Shown here in pieces: positions 27,721 to 42,889 of a stretch of 57,062 nt of DNA (position 1 is the stretch's first letter; every line of letters begins with the position of its first letter). The stretch is from assembly GCF_001186125.1 (NCBI RefSeq), contig NW_014040463.1:75722-132783 (forward strand), in the 5' to 3' direction. The notes beneath the pieces are model-generated. The model was not told the origin of the DNA. It made no database searches and was given only the letters and a program-made list of their open reading frames with translations. Origin of the DNA: Sphaeroforma arctica JP610. Taxonomy: Eukaryota. The translations under genes were made by a program, and so were the position numbers.

Positions 27721-27748
27721 ACTGTTGCAACTTGCAAGTTGCAACAGT
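27721..27748. promoter_or_regulatory. Perfect 28-bp palindrome in the divergent promoter region
   Basis: actgttgcaacttg|caagttgcaacagt; the palindrome is certain, a regulatory role is inferred. Confidence 0.5.
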
Positions 27749-27906
27749 CCGCGACTCGGCGGTCCGGGCGGTGTCGCCTTTCTCCGATCACCTCCTTTTC
27801 TCTCTTGACAATATTTATTTATGTCTGATTGTTTTTAAAATTTGTTTGATATATGAACAGATCCTATTCGATATTTCCGTCATAATCAGATAGCAAATAT
27901 ATAGAC

Positions 27907-31383
<3,477 letters not shown>

Positions 31384-34300
31384 TTAGGATTTAAAGTATA
31401 CTATTATGGCAATAAACCCCTCCTTTCGTGCACTACCGCAGCTTTGATATAGTAAGAAATTACAATTTTAATACGTATAGATTCCTTCAACCTTATTAAT
31501 AGGAATCATTCGTGTTTGAAGAATCATAAATGGAAATCAACCAATTACAATGTAGCACTTTGAAGTAAGTTGTCTGTTTCCAAACATTTCAGTGTGGTAG
31601 TGAAGTATGTATACGTTGTCGTCTCTATCGGTAGCTATTCAACGAATGCCATTCGTAAGCAATATCTAGAATGATATTGCTTTGTCGAGGTTCGGTATAT
31701 TTCCGCTCGTGGAGAGGCTGATAAACAAGCGTCCGCTGGTGGTCTTCCGTTGATAGTCCGCTGTTGGATAAACTCTACGAGATTGCGGGCATACCCCCAA
31801 GCAGTCGGATACCCTCGTCAAGCAATGTCACCGATATATCATGGTAGTAAAAGATAGACATATCCCTACCCATGGACATAAGGTCTATACAATGACAAAT
31901 ATAGTGATAATGGCCCCGAGACCCTCAATAATTGCCCCATTGTAGCAGTTGAGGGTATGTCACCTGTGCTACTAGTAGTAATAATCATCCACACAGAAAC
32001 ATCGTCACAGGGGGTATAGTAAAGACGTTCATAAAAACTTGGAAGGAAGAAACATGAGTGTACATTTTCAATATTTAGCACAAATGCATGTAAATTGAAT
32101 ACCAATTACCTGGTGGGTAGGCAAGTTTTGTGATTTGTAATATGGAACAACTGATGAAGGTTGAAGCAGGACTCTGGCATCCGCTTGGCCAACTTCAACA
32201 ACAGATAAACTACGTTTTGCTTAGGTCGAACGCATCCTGCAAATATGCCTTACTTATTCCTGTGATGTGCGATATATTTCGAAACTTGATCGATTTTGAT
32301 AAACTTGCAAAATGGCACAAATGAATGTCTATGACCAGGGGTAAATAATCGATCCTTGCGTATCCGCAAAAGTAGTCATCCTAATGATCAGTCTATCGTA
32401 ACGTCTAAGTGTGAAAATTACACTACATCAATTCTATGGCAAGATTTTTGGAAATACATCTGATTCTCTCTCACAGCGACCACCTTGTATCTAGTTCAGA
32501 AACAACTACTTCATCTCGGACGATAGTCGCCTCTAATTGACATATTATTTGTTTCAATATGGGTAAATTTGTATGTCTACAAGCACATCAGGTTTATATT
32601 CGTTGAAGAGATTCTGGGGGAAATGAAGGGAAGTTAAGATTCTCGAACTGCCGCGAGAAGCTCGGGGCGAGTGATGCAACGATGGAAGACATAAGGTGCG
32701 TTAGTTCACGACATACTCTAATAGTGACTCGTGAGTTATTGATATTTTGTACAGCGATTCTTTTGCGAACTCTGCATGAGCATGAATGAGCATGAATGAG
32801 CATCATTTGTTATCAGACAGAAACTTATACTCTGATATTGCTTCTACACACGAATGCAAAAACATTACAAACTAATAGTTTGTGTGTAATCACTGAGAGC
32901 GAACGAGAAATCCGCCTCCCTGGCTCGTGTGGTGAGGAAAAGACAGTGTTTGCAATAATTCTAACTGCCATCTTGTTTGATTGGCATCATCTACTCGTAA
33001 AAATGGAGGCATTAGCGAGCTAGGTATAACTGGAAAATAATAAGTTGTATAGTCAGCCAAAATGACGAGACCAATGGAATTCTAAACTACAGCCCCCGGA
33101 CAGCATAAAAAATACTCGCGACCCAACGAACAGGGAAAAGTTATACCCTTTTATAAACTGACAAAGGCTTCAAAACTGACGCTTGCTATACTCACAGCAA
33201 GTTATTTTGTGCCTAAAACTCCTCGGACATGACTCCGTTCAGGGAGCTAAATTTGATTTAGCTGTATCGATGAAGTGTTATTGCTGTCTTTCGGTTATAA
33301 GTTGTAATAATAATAAATACAAAACTATCCTACACCGATACGTACCGCTATCATTGAATAGTTTAATATCTCGCCTTCCACATCAAACACAACTTCGCTC
33401 ATACTGGGGCTCAGTTGAAATCTCAACCCTTCAATCTGCTATAATTTCGAAGAAGTACACTTTATTGACTTATTTATATTTTCTTTTTCGCGTGTGTTCT
33501 ATTTGTTAGCTCCCATTGCATGATAAAAACACACATTCGTCGTAGAATACAAAGTAGAGTATAACGAGAAAGTTAAACATCATCGCAAATATTGAACAGC
33601 GACCTTTGACAAAAAAAATATTGCTAAACAACGCAATGCCGTAAAGCGACTCACGATCACGACACCATCTCGCTACCTTTTTATAATTCGTCATTTTGAT
33701 CATTCAAACACTTGCATTTCACGAACATATTGCCTGAGCTTTGTATACAACAATCAGTGGACCTGTATCAAAGGACAACAAAGTACACGTCTATGAAAAT
33801 TGCAGTCCCCACTATTCTCTACGTGAATAATATACTGTTTGGTATCAGTCAACTATATACAATCTTACCCATTTTAGATGGTTTCTTCATTCCCTAATCT
33901 TAATCACATAACAACGGCTTCGTCGTTCGCCGTAATATATCGTAGGGCTCTGTGGGAAATATTCTCTTAAGTATTGAGTTGCTAATTAACCTAATCCCAG
34001 CCTAAAAGGAAACGTGGAAAGAAATAGCAGCACATTAGAGATATTATACAAGATCCAAAATCTCTGAGCTTCATGACTTCACGAACGATTTGAAACGCTC
34101 TCTAGAGTTAATGGGATTCTGAACGGGCTTCAAATGAAAGTCTGTCATCTCGAGGGACATTTCAACAGTATTTGATGTCAATTTAGAATTAGACGACAAC
34201 TGCTACACCGAACGTCCTAATCACATATATACTGCTTTGCTGTTCATCGTTATATATTGTAAGACTATGTGTAAAATACTTTCTAAGTATTAACATAAAC

Positions 34301-36079
34301 CGCCAATTTTGATATAGAGAGATTGAGAAAGAATACCACATCAAAAATACCATACAAGATCCGAACTTCTGACCATAAGCCAAGGAGATTTTGTATCAAC
34401 CTCAAACAAAAAATCGCAACCTCGAGTATAAGATATCAACGTACATTTTAGCCGTCTGCAATGCTAATCAAAAATCAGACGACAACTACTGAACCGAAAC
34501 CACCGAATTGAAAAGGAAGGGAGATTATGTATCACTGGAACCGAGGCCAGCTATCATTAAGTTGTACTTATTCAAATGACCCAAAATCAAACTATTTCAA
34601 ACAGGAAAACCCTACGGTTTTAAAAAAAAATCTTTAAGGCTAAATAAATAGCAGAAACAGGGAAATCCGCTATTCTCTTGATATATTGATGCCTTGATTG
34701 GGGCATAAATACAAATAGCTACCAATTTGCTATTGTCAGGTTTATTATGTCTAAATTCGGCCGTCACCTCTCAGATGGTACAGCACTTTTCGACATGTTA
34801 TATATCACATAAGTATACGACAGCTTAGGCTCGGTCTTAACGAAAAGGCCAGGAATTATTATATTTAATTGAATTATAAATTGGTGTAGAGATTGGTACA
34901 GGAAACGTGCGAAGACACTGATTTCATGTGAAACAGTTTATGGAAAATTTGGAAATAAAGGGTTTATATTTTCTGCTATAGGCCAATTGAACAAGAACAA
35001 TTAAACAAGAACAATTGAACATCGTATATGGTTGAAATAGCCATGAACATCTCGCTTTACAGGTATACCTCATGTGGGAAGCTCTAAAATGTCTTCTCTA
35101 CGTTTGTGCTCGTCTACTACATCCTCTTTTGACCAGAGATTGTATGGATGTTGAGACGAGCGCTTTATATCGTATCAATCGACGAGTTCACTGGAGTTTG
35201 CGAATAAAGAGCGACGTCTTGGACAATGTTCTCCAATTTTGTGGGCAATTCATTGTTTGAGGTGCTTCTGCTTTGTGTAAGGGTGTATGCAGGACCATAG
35301 CTCTCGGTAGAGCCCCGAATTTCGATTGAGACATCGAAAGCATGTATGTGCTCTTGTTATACAAAGTTGTGTTCGGTAACTTTGTAATCTGTGGTCGGAA
35401 AATGTGTAACATTATGATACAACCTCCAACCTTCCTACAGCCTAGATACATGATGTATGTATGAGTCTCATACCTGCGCAATGTTTGTTGTGACTCAAAA
35501 GTTTGTTTGCGCACATACATGTACTGCACTTTTTAGAATAAAAAACTTCTAGAAAATTGTATTTTGAGTGCCCTACAAATAGTTTTTCCCTGCAGACGAG
35601 ATGAAAGAACGTACATTTTGCCAGCAAAAATTTTGCAACTTTCTTTTTTGTACCACACATGCCCCAATTTACGATTGCTCTACCGTTCGATCCGATTGAA
35701 ATTGACCGTGCAAAACTATTGCCCCCATATATTTAAGTTATCATGGTAATCACGAGCATGACATAGTTTTCGATCTCTACTATGTGCCAAAAGCCGCGCA
35801 ATATCAATATCATTTAGAGCTCTTTTCAACACGAATTTGTGGTTATTTGCACTTATCGCCTGTTTAACCAATATATCGCGAATATTTCCAGTACTATCTA
35901 TACTTTTATACTTTCTGAAATTTGATTGATTGTACGTATATCTGTTACTTTATTATACTTCTAATAAATTATGCAATACACTATATAAGGCTTATTTGTC
36001 AATATTCCCATCGGCGACTTTTGCTTCGGCTGTTTCGCTTTGATTATTTCCGAAATGTCTGTCACGTTGGGTATAAGAT

Positions 36080-38150
36080 GAGCGTTACCCTTGATAAAAC
36101 ATATCTGCTCAAATGTGGTGCCCGAAAATTTCCTTTCCGACTATCGTCTAGCGCATTTCCTGTCATTGAAAAAACACTTTCTAACCTACAAGATGTGGGT
36201 GAGATTGAGAACAGAAATTAATACCACCAGGTATAAGGTGGGCATTTGCACTCTGTGATCCCTCCATAACTCCATCGCTTGTTCGGGGGGATCCATTTCT
36301 TTCTGTTCATACTTTGCTGCTTGACCTCTGCCGACCTTCACCTTAACCATATTGTTAATCTGTAGTGGTAGAGACTCCCATGTCACAATTTCGGCAGCGA
36401 TCTTTTTTTTTTCATTAGGGTAACGTAGTCGGCCTGGGGTCTTGTTGTATTTTGCTCGAACAATGGCTTCGGTAAGTCACAGCTCCTCGTACTTGCTATT
36501 AACTTTCGTCTTTTGTGTAAGTATGTTTCTTTAGTAGTTTCTTCCGTAATGTTAGTTGGTGTGGTAGCAGCGGATGTGGCCGTCGCTATACCGCCTTGTG
36601 TTTTCTTCTGTGTTTCGTCTCTAGGCTCTATGCCCATCTTTTACTTGCGATGGGTCTTCAAGAGTTTTAGAGTTCGTTTGGACACAGAATCTTTCGCAAA
36701 GTTTTTGCAGTCAAGTGTATCGATCGTAGACAACACCAAACTATTCATTTCTTTGTCCAAAGGGTGCAAATAGTAATGAACAAGCATTTCCGTATCAGGT
36801 TTATGCTCGAAATAGGTATGTAAGCAGTCCCTGAGCCTTCTTCGCAAGCTTCTAATCTCTGGCGTTAGGTGCTCCACGCTATATTGCTCAATTACATCAG
36901 GAGTCCCCGAAACCTTTACCACATCTACCAGAGAATCCTTGCCCAAAGCAAACTTACAAGTCATTACAAGTTCGTTCGCATCTGCCAATGATTGAAACAT
37001 TTTTTTGTATACCAATTTGTTCAAACATCAACGGCTGGAGTACCACTATTAATTCCCGGCGCATCTGTTTCATCCGAGGCGAACACTTACAATTACGTTC
37101 CCTGACCTTGCCGTCTTCGCCGTGCCACAGTCCTCCTGGACCATTCTCACGTGGATCATCCGAGATACTTTTCAGAACCGGATCAATCAAGTCATTACGC
37201 TTGGACATTTTGTACCAGCTCAGCCAACAAGTAGGCGAGCTAGTGATAAGTCTCTTCACACTTTCATCCGCCTTCTCCTGTGCTAAAGCTTGTGCGTCAG
37301 CAGCAACAGTACTCTTGTTAAAAAAGGCTGCTCGTCTTGCTATGTTGCGGATTAATGCCTCAATCGGAGCTGAGTCATACATTTGTTGCTGTATATCTTC
37401 TACACCGGGGTCCATATTGATTAGTCGCTCAAAGACATCCAGTTGATCGTCTACATCCTCGTTGTGCAGATCTTCACTAAAAAATCCCCTAATCTGATCA
37501 GAAGCTGTGATAAACTCTCCACCGATTGAATTCTTGAGACTCAGTTGTATACGATGTGCCATACATTCGGCTACATACACAGCGGTGTCTTCTATAGCTT
37601 TCATTGCATTGGTCGCGTTGCCCAGCGTTCCACTATGAAAAATATCTGTCATTTTTAAAAGCAATCCCCGGGCAAACGCAGTATTCTCCAAGGGGTTCAA
37701 AAAACCCATTACGCTGCCACTCGACTAGATTTGAGGAATAGTGGTTTCCTCAGATCTGAACTAATCCAACGAAGGCGGTATGATGAGTAACGCCATCTAG
37801 ATTGTTGTAATGTATTAATGAAGGATACGGGTGCAGTATAAGTAGAGCAAACTATCATAGGGACTTGCCGAGCAAGACTTATCCACGTCTTGATCTCATC
37901 TTTCTCTTCTAGACTCACGGTAGATCGTACTTACATACATTCACGGCCCATTGTATGTCGCTGAGTTTCGCATTTGTGAAAGTGACTTCTAGTGTAGATG
38001 TATTCTTGGTACCATCTATGACCGCGAAATTGAGTTTTTTTTCTGCTTACAATTGGTAGCGGCCGCGATTATCTTCTTACACTCCTTGTCTAGGCCTGCA
38101 ACCCATTCTTTCAGATGACTCGTTGTGTAATGGGCGATGGCTTCCCTCCC
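36080..38150 (-). pseudogene. Decayed hAT-superfamily DNA transposase
   Basis: CMAHRIQL (CxxH), SPTCWLSWYKM (TRWNS-like), YYLHP, and dimerisation region W....QMPTLY / SPTSCRLESVFSMTG; broken by several frameshifts and stops; TIRs not identified. Confidence 0.85.
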
Positions 38151-38384
38151 TTAGGCCTACTGATTTTCTTCAATCTCTATTATCCTTCAGATCTATCGCT
38201 GTGCAGGGCCAAAATATGAATAATACGTCGATTCCAAAATTTCATATTTCCAATATTTTCACATTATATGCTAAATATTCTCATATCTCTATATTCTCAT
38301 AATATGACCGCGATGGGCGACACCAAATTTGTCTCATAATCCTTACTCATTTTTATGAGTTTCCAGGTTTGCTCTGTTGACGCT

Positions 38385-38471
38385 TTAACGCTTGTTTTGC
38401 TGTACTTTTCTACTCTGCTAGATAAATAATTTCATGGGAAAATTCGGTCTGAAAATGAAACTGCTTCGAGA
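38385..38471. repeat. Satellite-like ~176-bp repeat, left part of the unit split by the LTR element
   Basis: ..gaaaattcggtctgaaaatgaaactgcttcgaga matches the uninterrupted copy near 56517-56540. Confidence 0.85.
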
Positions 38472-38714
38472 TGTAGTAAGTCGTAAAGATAACTGTACCT
38501 CAATGTACTCCACTCGTACAAGGGGAGGCGTTGTTCATTTATTGAACTATTCCTTACACTATATTTTGATCATGTGTTTTCCTACTCAGATTTACTCTGA
38601 ACGGATAAACCCAGTTTCAAAATATAGTCTCTAAGCCCCTAATACTAATTAAACCCTAGTACTAAGTAAACCCTAATCCCCAAATAAACCCTGTCCAGGG
38701 ACCTCCTGACTACA
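38472..38714 (-). repeat. 3' LTR (243 bp)
   Basis: TG...CA bounded; 38581-38714 matches 46651-46783 with about 7 differences. Confidence 0.85.
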
Positions 38715-38722
38715 ACCCCCCC
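38715..38722 (-). other. Polypurine tract
   Basis: GGGGGGG-T immediately before the TGTAGT start of the 3' LTR on the minus strand. Confidence 0.75.
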
Positions 38723-38911
38723 AAGCTGAAGCACAATTTGTGGGCCAGCTTTAAAAATTCGAAGGAGTATCATGAACAGGTTAGTGTGCTGGCATTTATC
38801 CTCAAATAGCTAGAGAGCTCGGTTATTTATTCACCACTCGCGCTGGTGACTAAACATTATGTACATATAACTAACCTAATATATGTATATCTATAAACAA
38901 CTGGATGCTAT

Positions 38912-40200
38912 TTACAACTGGTCACTGCGACGTTTCCTGGCTCGTGTCTGTGTATCCTTATGATAAGCTACAATGTCATTCGCATCGTCAAAAGCATCGG
39001 CTGTTTCCCATGTTGGCACTCCCTCACGCCAACGTACAAGGTATTCCAGCTTCCCCGTATCATCGTTCGTCCGATGTTTGGTAATGTGACGGGATGCTGC
39101 GCCACCTTCATGCCACAGATCATCGTGCAATGAAGAGTCTGTACTGCGGTGGACCAACCGTTGTAACTCTACGCGAATCGGTTTCCCTTTAAACTCCTGG
39201 GGGGTGAACCCATCTCTATGTGTGAGATCATAGCCCTGACCGTTGCGACGTTTGACTACATACGGGCCAAACAGTGGGCACATAGTTTTGGAAGTGCGTC
39301 CCTCCGACTTCACCATTACTACATCACCTTCCTCGAAGTGAACCAAATCATGAGCATGTGGACGGTCAAATATATTCGTTAACTTGTCCGTATATGTCGT
39401 AGTGATCTTATGCAACGTAGACAAAATCGTATCCTGCAACTGGTCCAGCCGTTGTGCCCACGTGTCATTGGTCACGGGTTGTTGCTCGGGAACATCGTGG
39501 GTAAAATCCGCAAGCGGAACATGACGGCGGCCGAAATATAGGCGCTTTTGTGTCGTCGGGAGATACGCAAATTCTGGTAAAGCATGGTAAAAGGTAGCCG
39601 TTCGTCCCATGCCTGAGGTACTGCCTCACAGTAGATGCGTATAGAGCGTGTTATCTATTTGTGTCAACGATCTGTTGCGCCCAGTACTTGCGGTCTGTAT
39701 GGTGGTGAGACCTTATGGAGTATACCCACTTCTTTGACAATAAGAGCTACCATGTTATTAGTGAACTCCGTCCCCATGTCGGTATGCAGCTTGCGTGGGA
39801 ATCCATGTTCACCGAAGATGGCCAGTAACATTTGAGCGGTTGTTTCCTTAGTCTTATCGGGTGTGGCGCGTAATATCGAATTTCCGGATGCGACGTCTAA
39901 CATGTGTAAAACAAATTTATTCTGTCGGGAGGATGTCACCGCCATTGAGATATAGTCCACCTGGATATGGTCCCATGGGGACTTCGCATCAATACTCATC
40001 ATCGGATAGAACCCTTTACGCAAGGTGTCTTGGCCCAAACACTGACCACATTGCCGTTTGATTTCAGTAGCTAGTTCTAACGCCCCCGGCCAGACATGTC
40101 CGTTCCGTTGCAACTGCTGGACAGTATCGGCGGCACTGTGATGGCCTTGCTCATGATGCGCCTGTGTAAGTTGTGTCCGCCGTTGTTGTTCCATCGGAGT
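38912..40200 (-). pseudogene. DDE integrase with HHCC zinc finger, GPY/F motif and C-terminal chromodomain
   Basis: HEQGH...CGQC, WDHIQVDYI, LHTDMGTEF, PYRPQVLGATDR, LFGPYVV, ITKHR...LEYLVRWREGVPTWET; stop and frameshift near 39540-39665. Confidence 0.93.
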
Positions 40201-40369
40201 GGCATTCACGAACGCTGGTTGTGCCGCTTCACTACTCAACGCAACGGAAATCTCCCGCGCAGAGTCCAAACATTGATGGTGTGGTGTGTGACGAGGCTCG
40301 GCGTATCCTAACCGTTGGGTGAAGCTCTCTGCTAGTTGGAATCCCGACGGTGGGCCCACTCGTGCCACC

Positions 40370-40755
40370 CCCGTGTGGCCCATGGAGGGTTCCCGCAAGC
40401 ATACTTCGCATATTTCCGAAATGTATGCGGGGTTCGGGGTACTACCACAGGCTCGGCTTCCAGTAATGATTTAAAGAGGTCGAACCATGGTGCTCGAGGG
40501 GTCCAAGGTAGGCATACCGTTGCCGTGGCTCCATCTGTTTTGATCTTCCGTAGCATGCGGTGTATCAGTTTCCATGGCGTGTTCATCCATCCATCGACCA
40601 GCGCCCAGTCATGGTCAAACGCCCCATTGCGGTCATTCTTAGTTCAGAACCTGGGCAGCTGAGCGCTGTGAGGTGCTGCGAATACGTCTATATTGTTATG
40701 GCCAAAGATAAGTTGAGTCTGTTCAAAATAGCTGGTAAATAGTTGCCAGTAGTCT
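40370..40755 (-). pseudogene. Dam-like DNA N6-adenine methyltransferase domain (DIRS-MT/phage Dam type) within Pol
   Basis: One frame with a single TGA: DYWQLFTSYFEQTQLIFGHNNIDVFAAPHSAQLPRF*TKNDRNGAFDHDWALVDGWMNTPWKLIHRMLRKIKTDGATATVCLPWTPRAPWFDLFKSLL. Confidence 0.88.
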
Positions 40756-40799
40756 GCATACAGCACCTCTGGTACATCCGTCTCCGCCGTTCCTTCATG

Positions 40800-42880
40800 T
40801 ATCCGACTGAGCATGCCCGGCAGTACGTTCTTCTCCCCCGGTATATGCGAAATAGTAAAATTAAAAGGCGCTATGATATGATGCCTACGTTGTAACATAG
40901 GGCTAAGTTTCAGTTGGGTGTTCATATATGCTAAGCCTTGTGGTCCGTAAACACCGCGAAGCGTTGTTCCTCGAGGTAGTCGCGGAAGTGTGTCAACCCA
41001 TAAACGAACGCCAGGAGTTCCTTCATCGGCGGTGCATAGTTCTGCTGAGCGTAATTGAGGGTCTTACTGAAGAACATGGGGTAGTGTTTTGTGCCCTCCA
41101 CCCACTGAAATAGCGCTCCCCCTAGTCCGTAGTCACAAGCGTCCGTCTCGAGGTTGAGTGGGACGTTATCTACTGGGAAGTGTAATGCTACTACGTTCAC
41201 TATCGCATCCTTCATCGCTTGCCAAGCGTCCGCACGGCGTCGCTCCCACCTGTCTCCTATCAGTTCGTTTGGTTTGAGCTTACAGAATTCACGTAGTGGC
41301 GCCACCACGTGTGTAAAATCGGGTAGGTGCTCGTGCAAGAAATTAGCCAGGCCCAACGCTGAGGCAATGTCCTTGTACCGCTGGGGTGTTGGCCAGTCCA
41401 GAAGTTTGGCCTGTTTCTCAAAGTCGACATCAATCCCCTTCGCCAAGACTTTCTTGCCCAGTATCGTAACTTCCGCAATTGCGAAATGACACTTGGCCGG
41501 ATTCAGTTGGAAGCTATGGTATGTCAGTCTCTTGATCACCTCCTTCACTGTAGCCACGTGTTCCTCGTAATCGTCGCTGGCTATTACTATGTCGTCGATG
41601 TAGTGGTGGACTGGCAAACCATCGAGTATCGTACTAAGTGTTCGTTGAAATTGCTGTGTCAGCACGTGCAAACCGAATGGTGCCGATGTGAACGAGTACT
41701 GGTATCTGTCGTGTATGAAGCTGAACAGATATCTAGAGTCGGGATATATTGGGAGTCTATGATATGCTGCCGATATGTCGAGTGTAGTATAGTACTTCCT
41801 ACTTTTTAATCTAGAAATGACCTCATTCACTTTCAGTATCAAGAACTGGTCTCCTGGTCTCAGTGCGTGACCGCTCGCATATCTAGGCAGACGCGTACCT
41901 TCTTAACGTTGCCCTCACTGTCGAATGTCGGAACCGCTAGAAGTGGTAGAGTCGGGATGTATTGGGAGTCTATGATATGCTGCCGATATGTCGAGTGTAG
42001 TATAGTACTTCCTGCTTTATACTCTAGAAATGGCCTCATTCACTTTCGGTATCAAGAACTGGTCTCCTGGTCTCAGTGCGTTGACCGCTCGCATATCTAG
42101 GCAGACGCGTACCTTCTTAACGTTGCCCTCACTGTCGAATGTCGGAACCGCTAGAAGTGGAAGATTATCCGTCGTCGGTCGTACGCTTCGTGATCACCAA
42201 GTCTTTTATCCATTTCTGTACTTGTTCGTCGACGTACGGAAGCCATCGTGTTGACCTTTTCATGCTCATTGCTTGCTCGCGGGTTATTGGTATCGCCACC
42301 TCACTCTCCTCTAAGCGACAACGTGCATTGTCCTCAATAGCGACATTCGTTTCTAAAACTGTGGCAAGTCGTGCCCGCACTCCGTCTGGTTCGGTAATGT
42401 CGGGGGCCTGGCGGCGAGCCACTTGCTTGAGAAGGTCGTCGAGATCTGTTGGGTCGATAGGTATCAACGGTGATTGTATCCCTCCCAGGTATATCCTATG
42501 TTAGGCACCATATCGAACCCAAGTATGATATTGATGCCGTCGGGTAGATTCTTTAGTTCAAACGACCCGTTGATAATTCCGGAACCATAGCGTATCGGTA
42601 GTACCTCTATTGTTCCCAGCCGAGGAGTACGGGCTGCCTTGTCTGCTAAGCATATGAACGAACCGGTTGGTGCTGGTGTGATTGGTCGTCCTAAAAGGTC
42701 TGCGGATGACCGAGCAATGCAGCTACGGTTGGCACCTGTGTCCACCATCGCACGGAATGTACGCCCATTCACTTGCAGTTGGATGTAGACACGGTTATCG
42801 GAAGACAGCAGTGGGTCTTGGATCGCCATTGCTGCCTGCCATATATGTGTCAGCGTAAGTGCTACATCATCGTCGGTCAC
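40800..42880 (-). pseudogene. Pol: aspartic protease, reverse transcriptase and RNase H (frameshifted)
   Basis: AMVDTGA; LDISAAYHRL, APFGL, YIDDIVI; LETDACDYGLGGAL, ELLAFVYGL, FTDHKA, HIPGEKNVLPGMLSR. Confidence 0.96.
41734..42160. repeat. 213/214-bp tandem duplication disrupting RT
   Basis: 41734-41946 repeated at 41947-42160 with several substitutions and a 1-bp indel. Confidence 0.93.
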
Positions 42881-42889
42881 CCTGACGTC

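Noticed and set aside
40375..40395. GNPPW at the end of the 84-aa ORF as the MTase catalytic motif
   Set aside because: It lies C-terminal to the domain core. By position relative to AF...W and LI..L.K, the catalytic motif is NTPW at 40583-40572.
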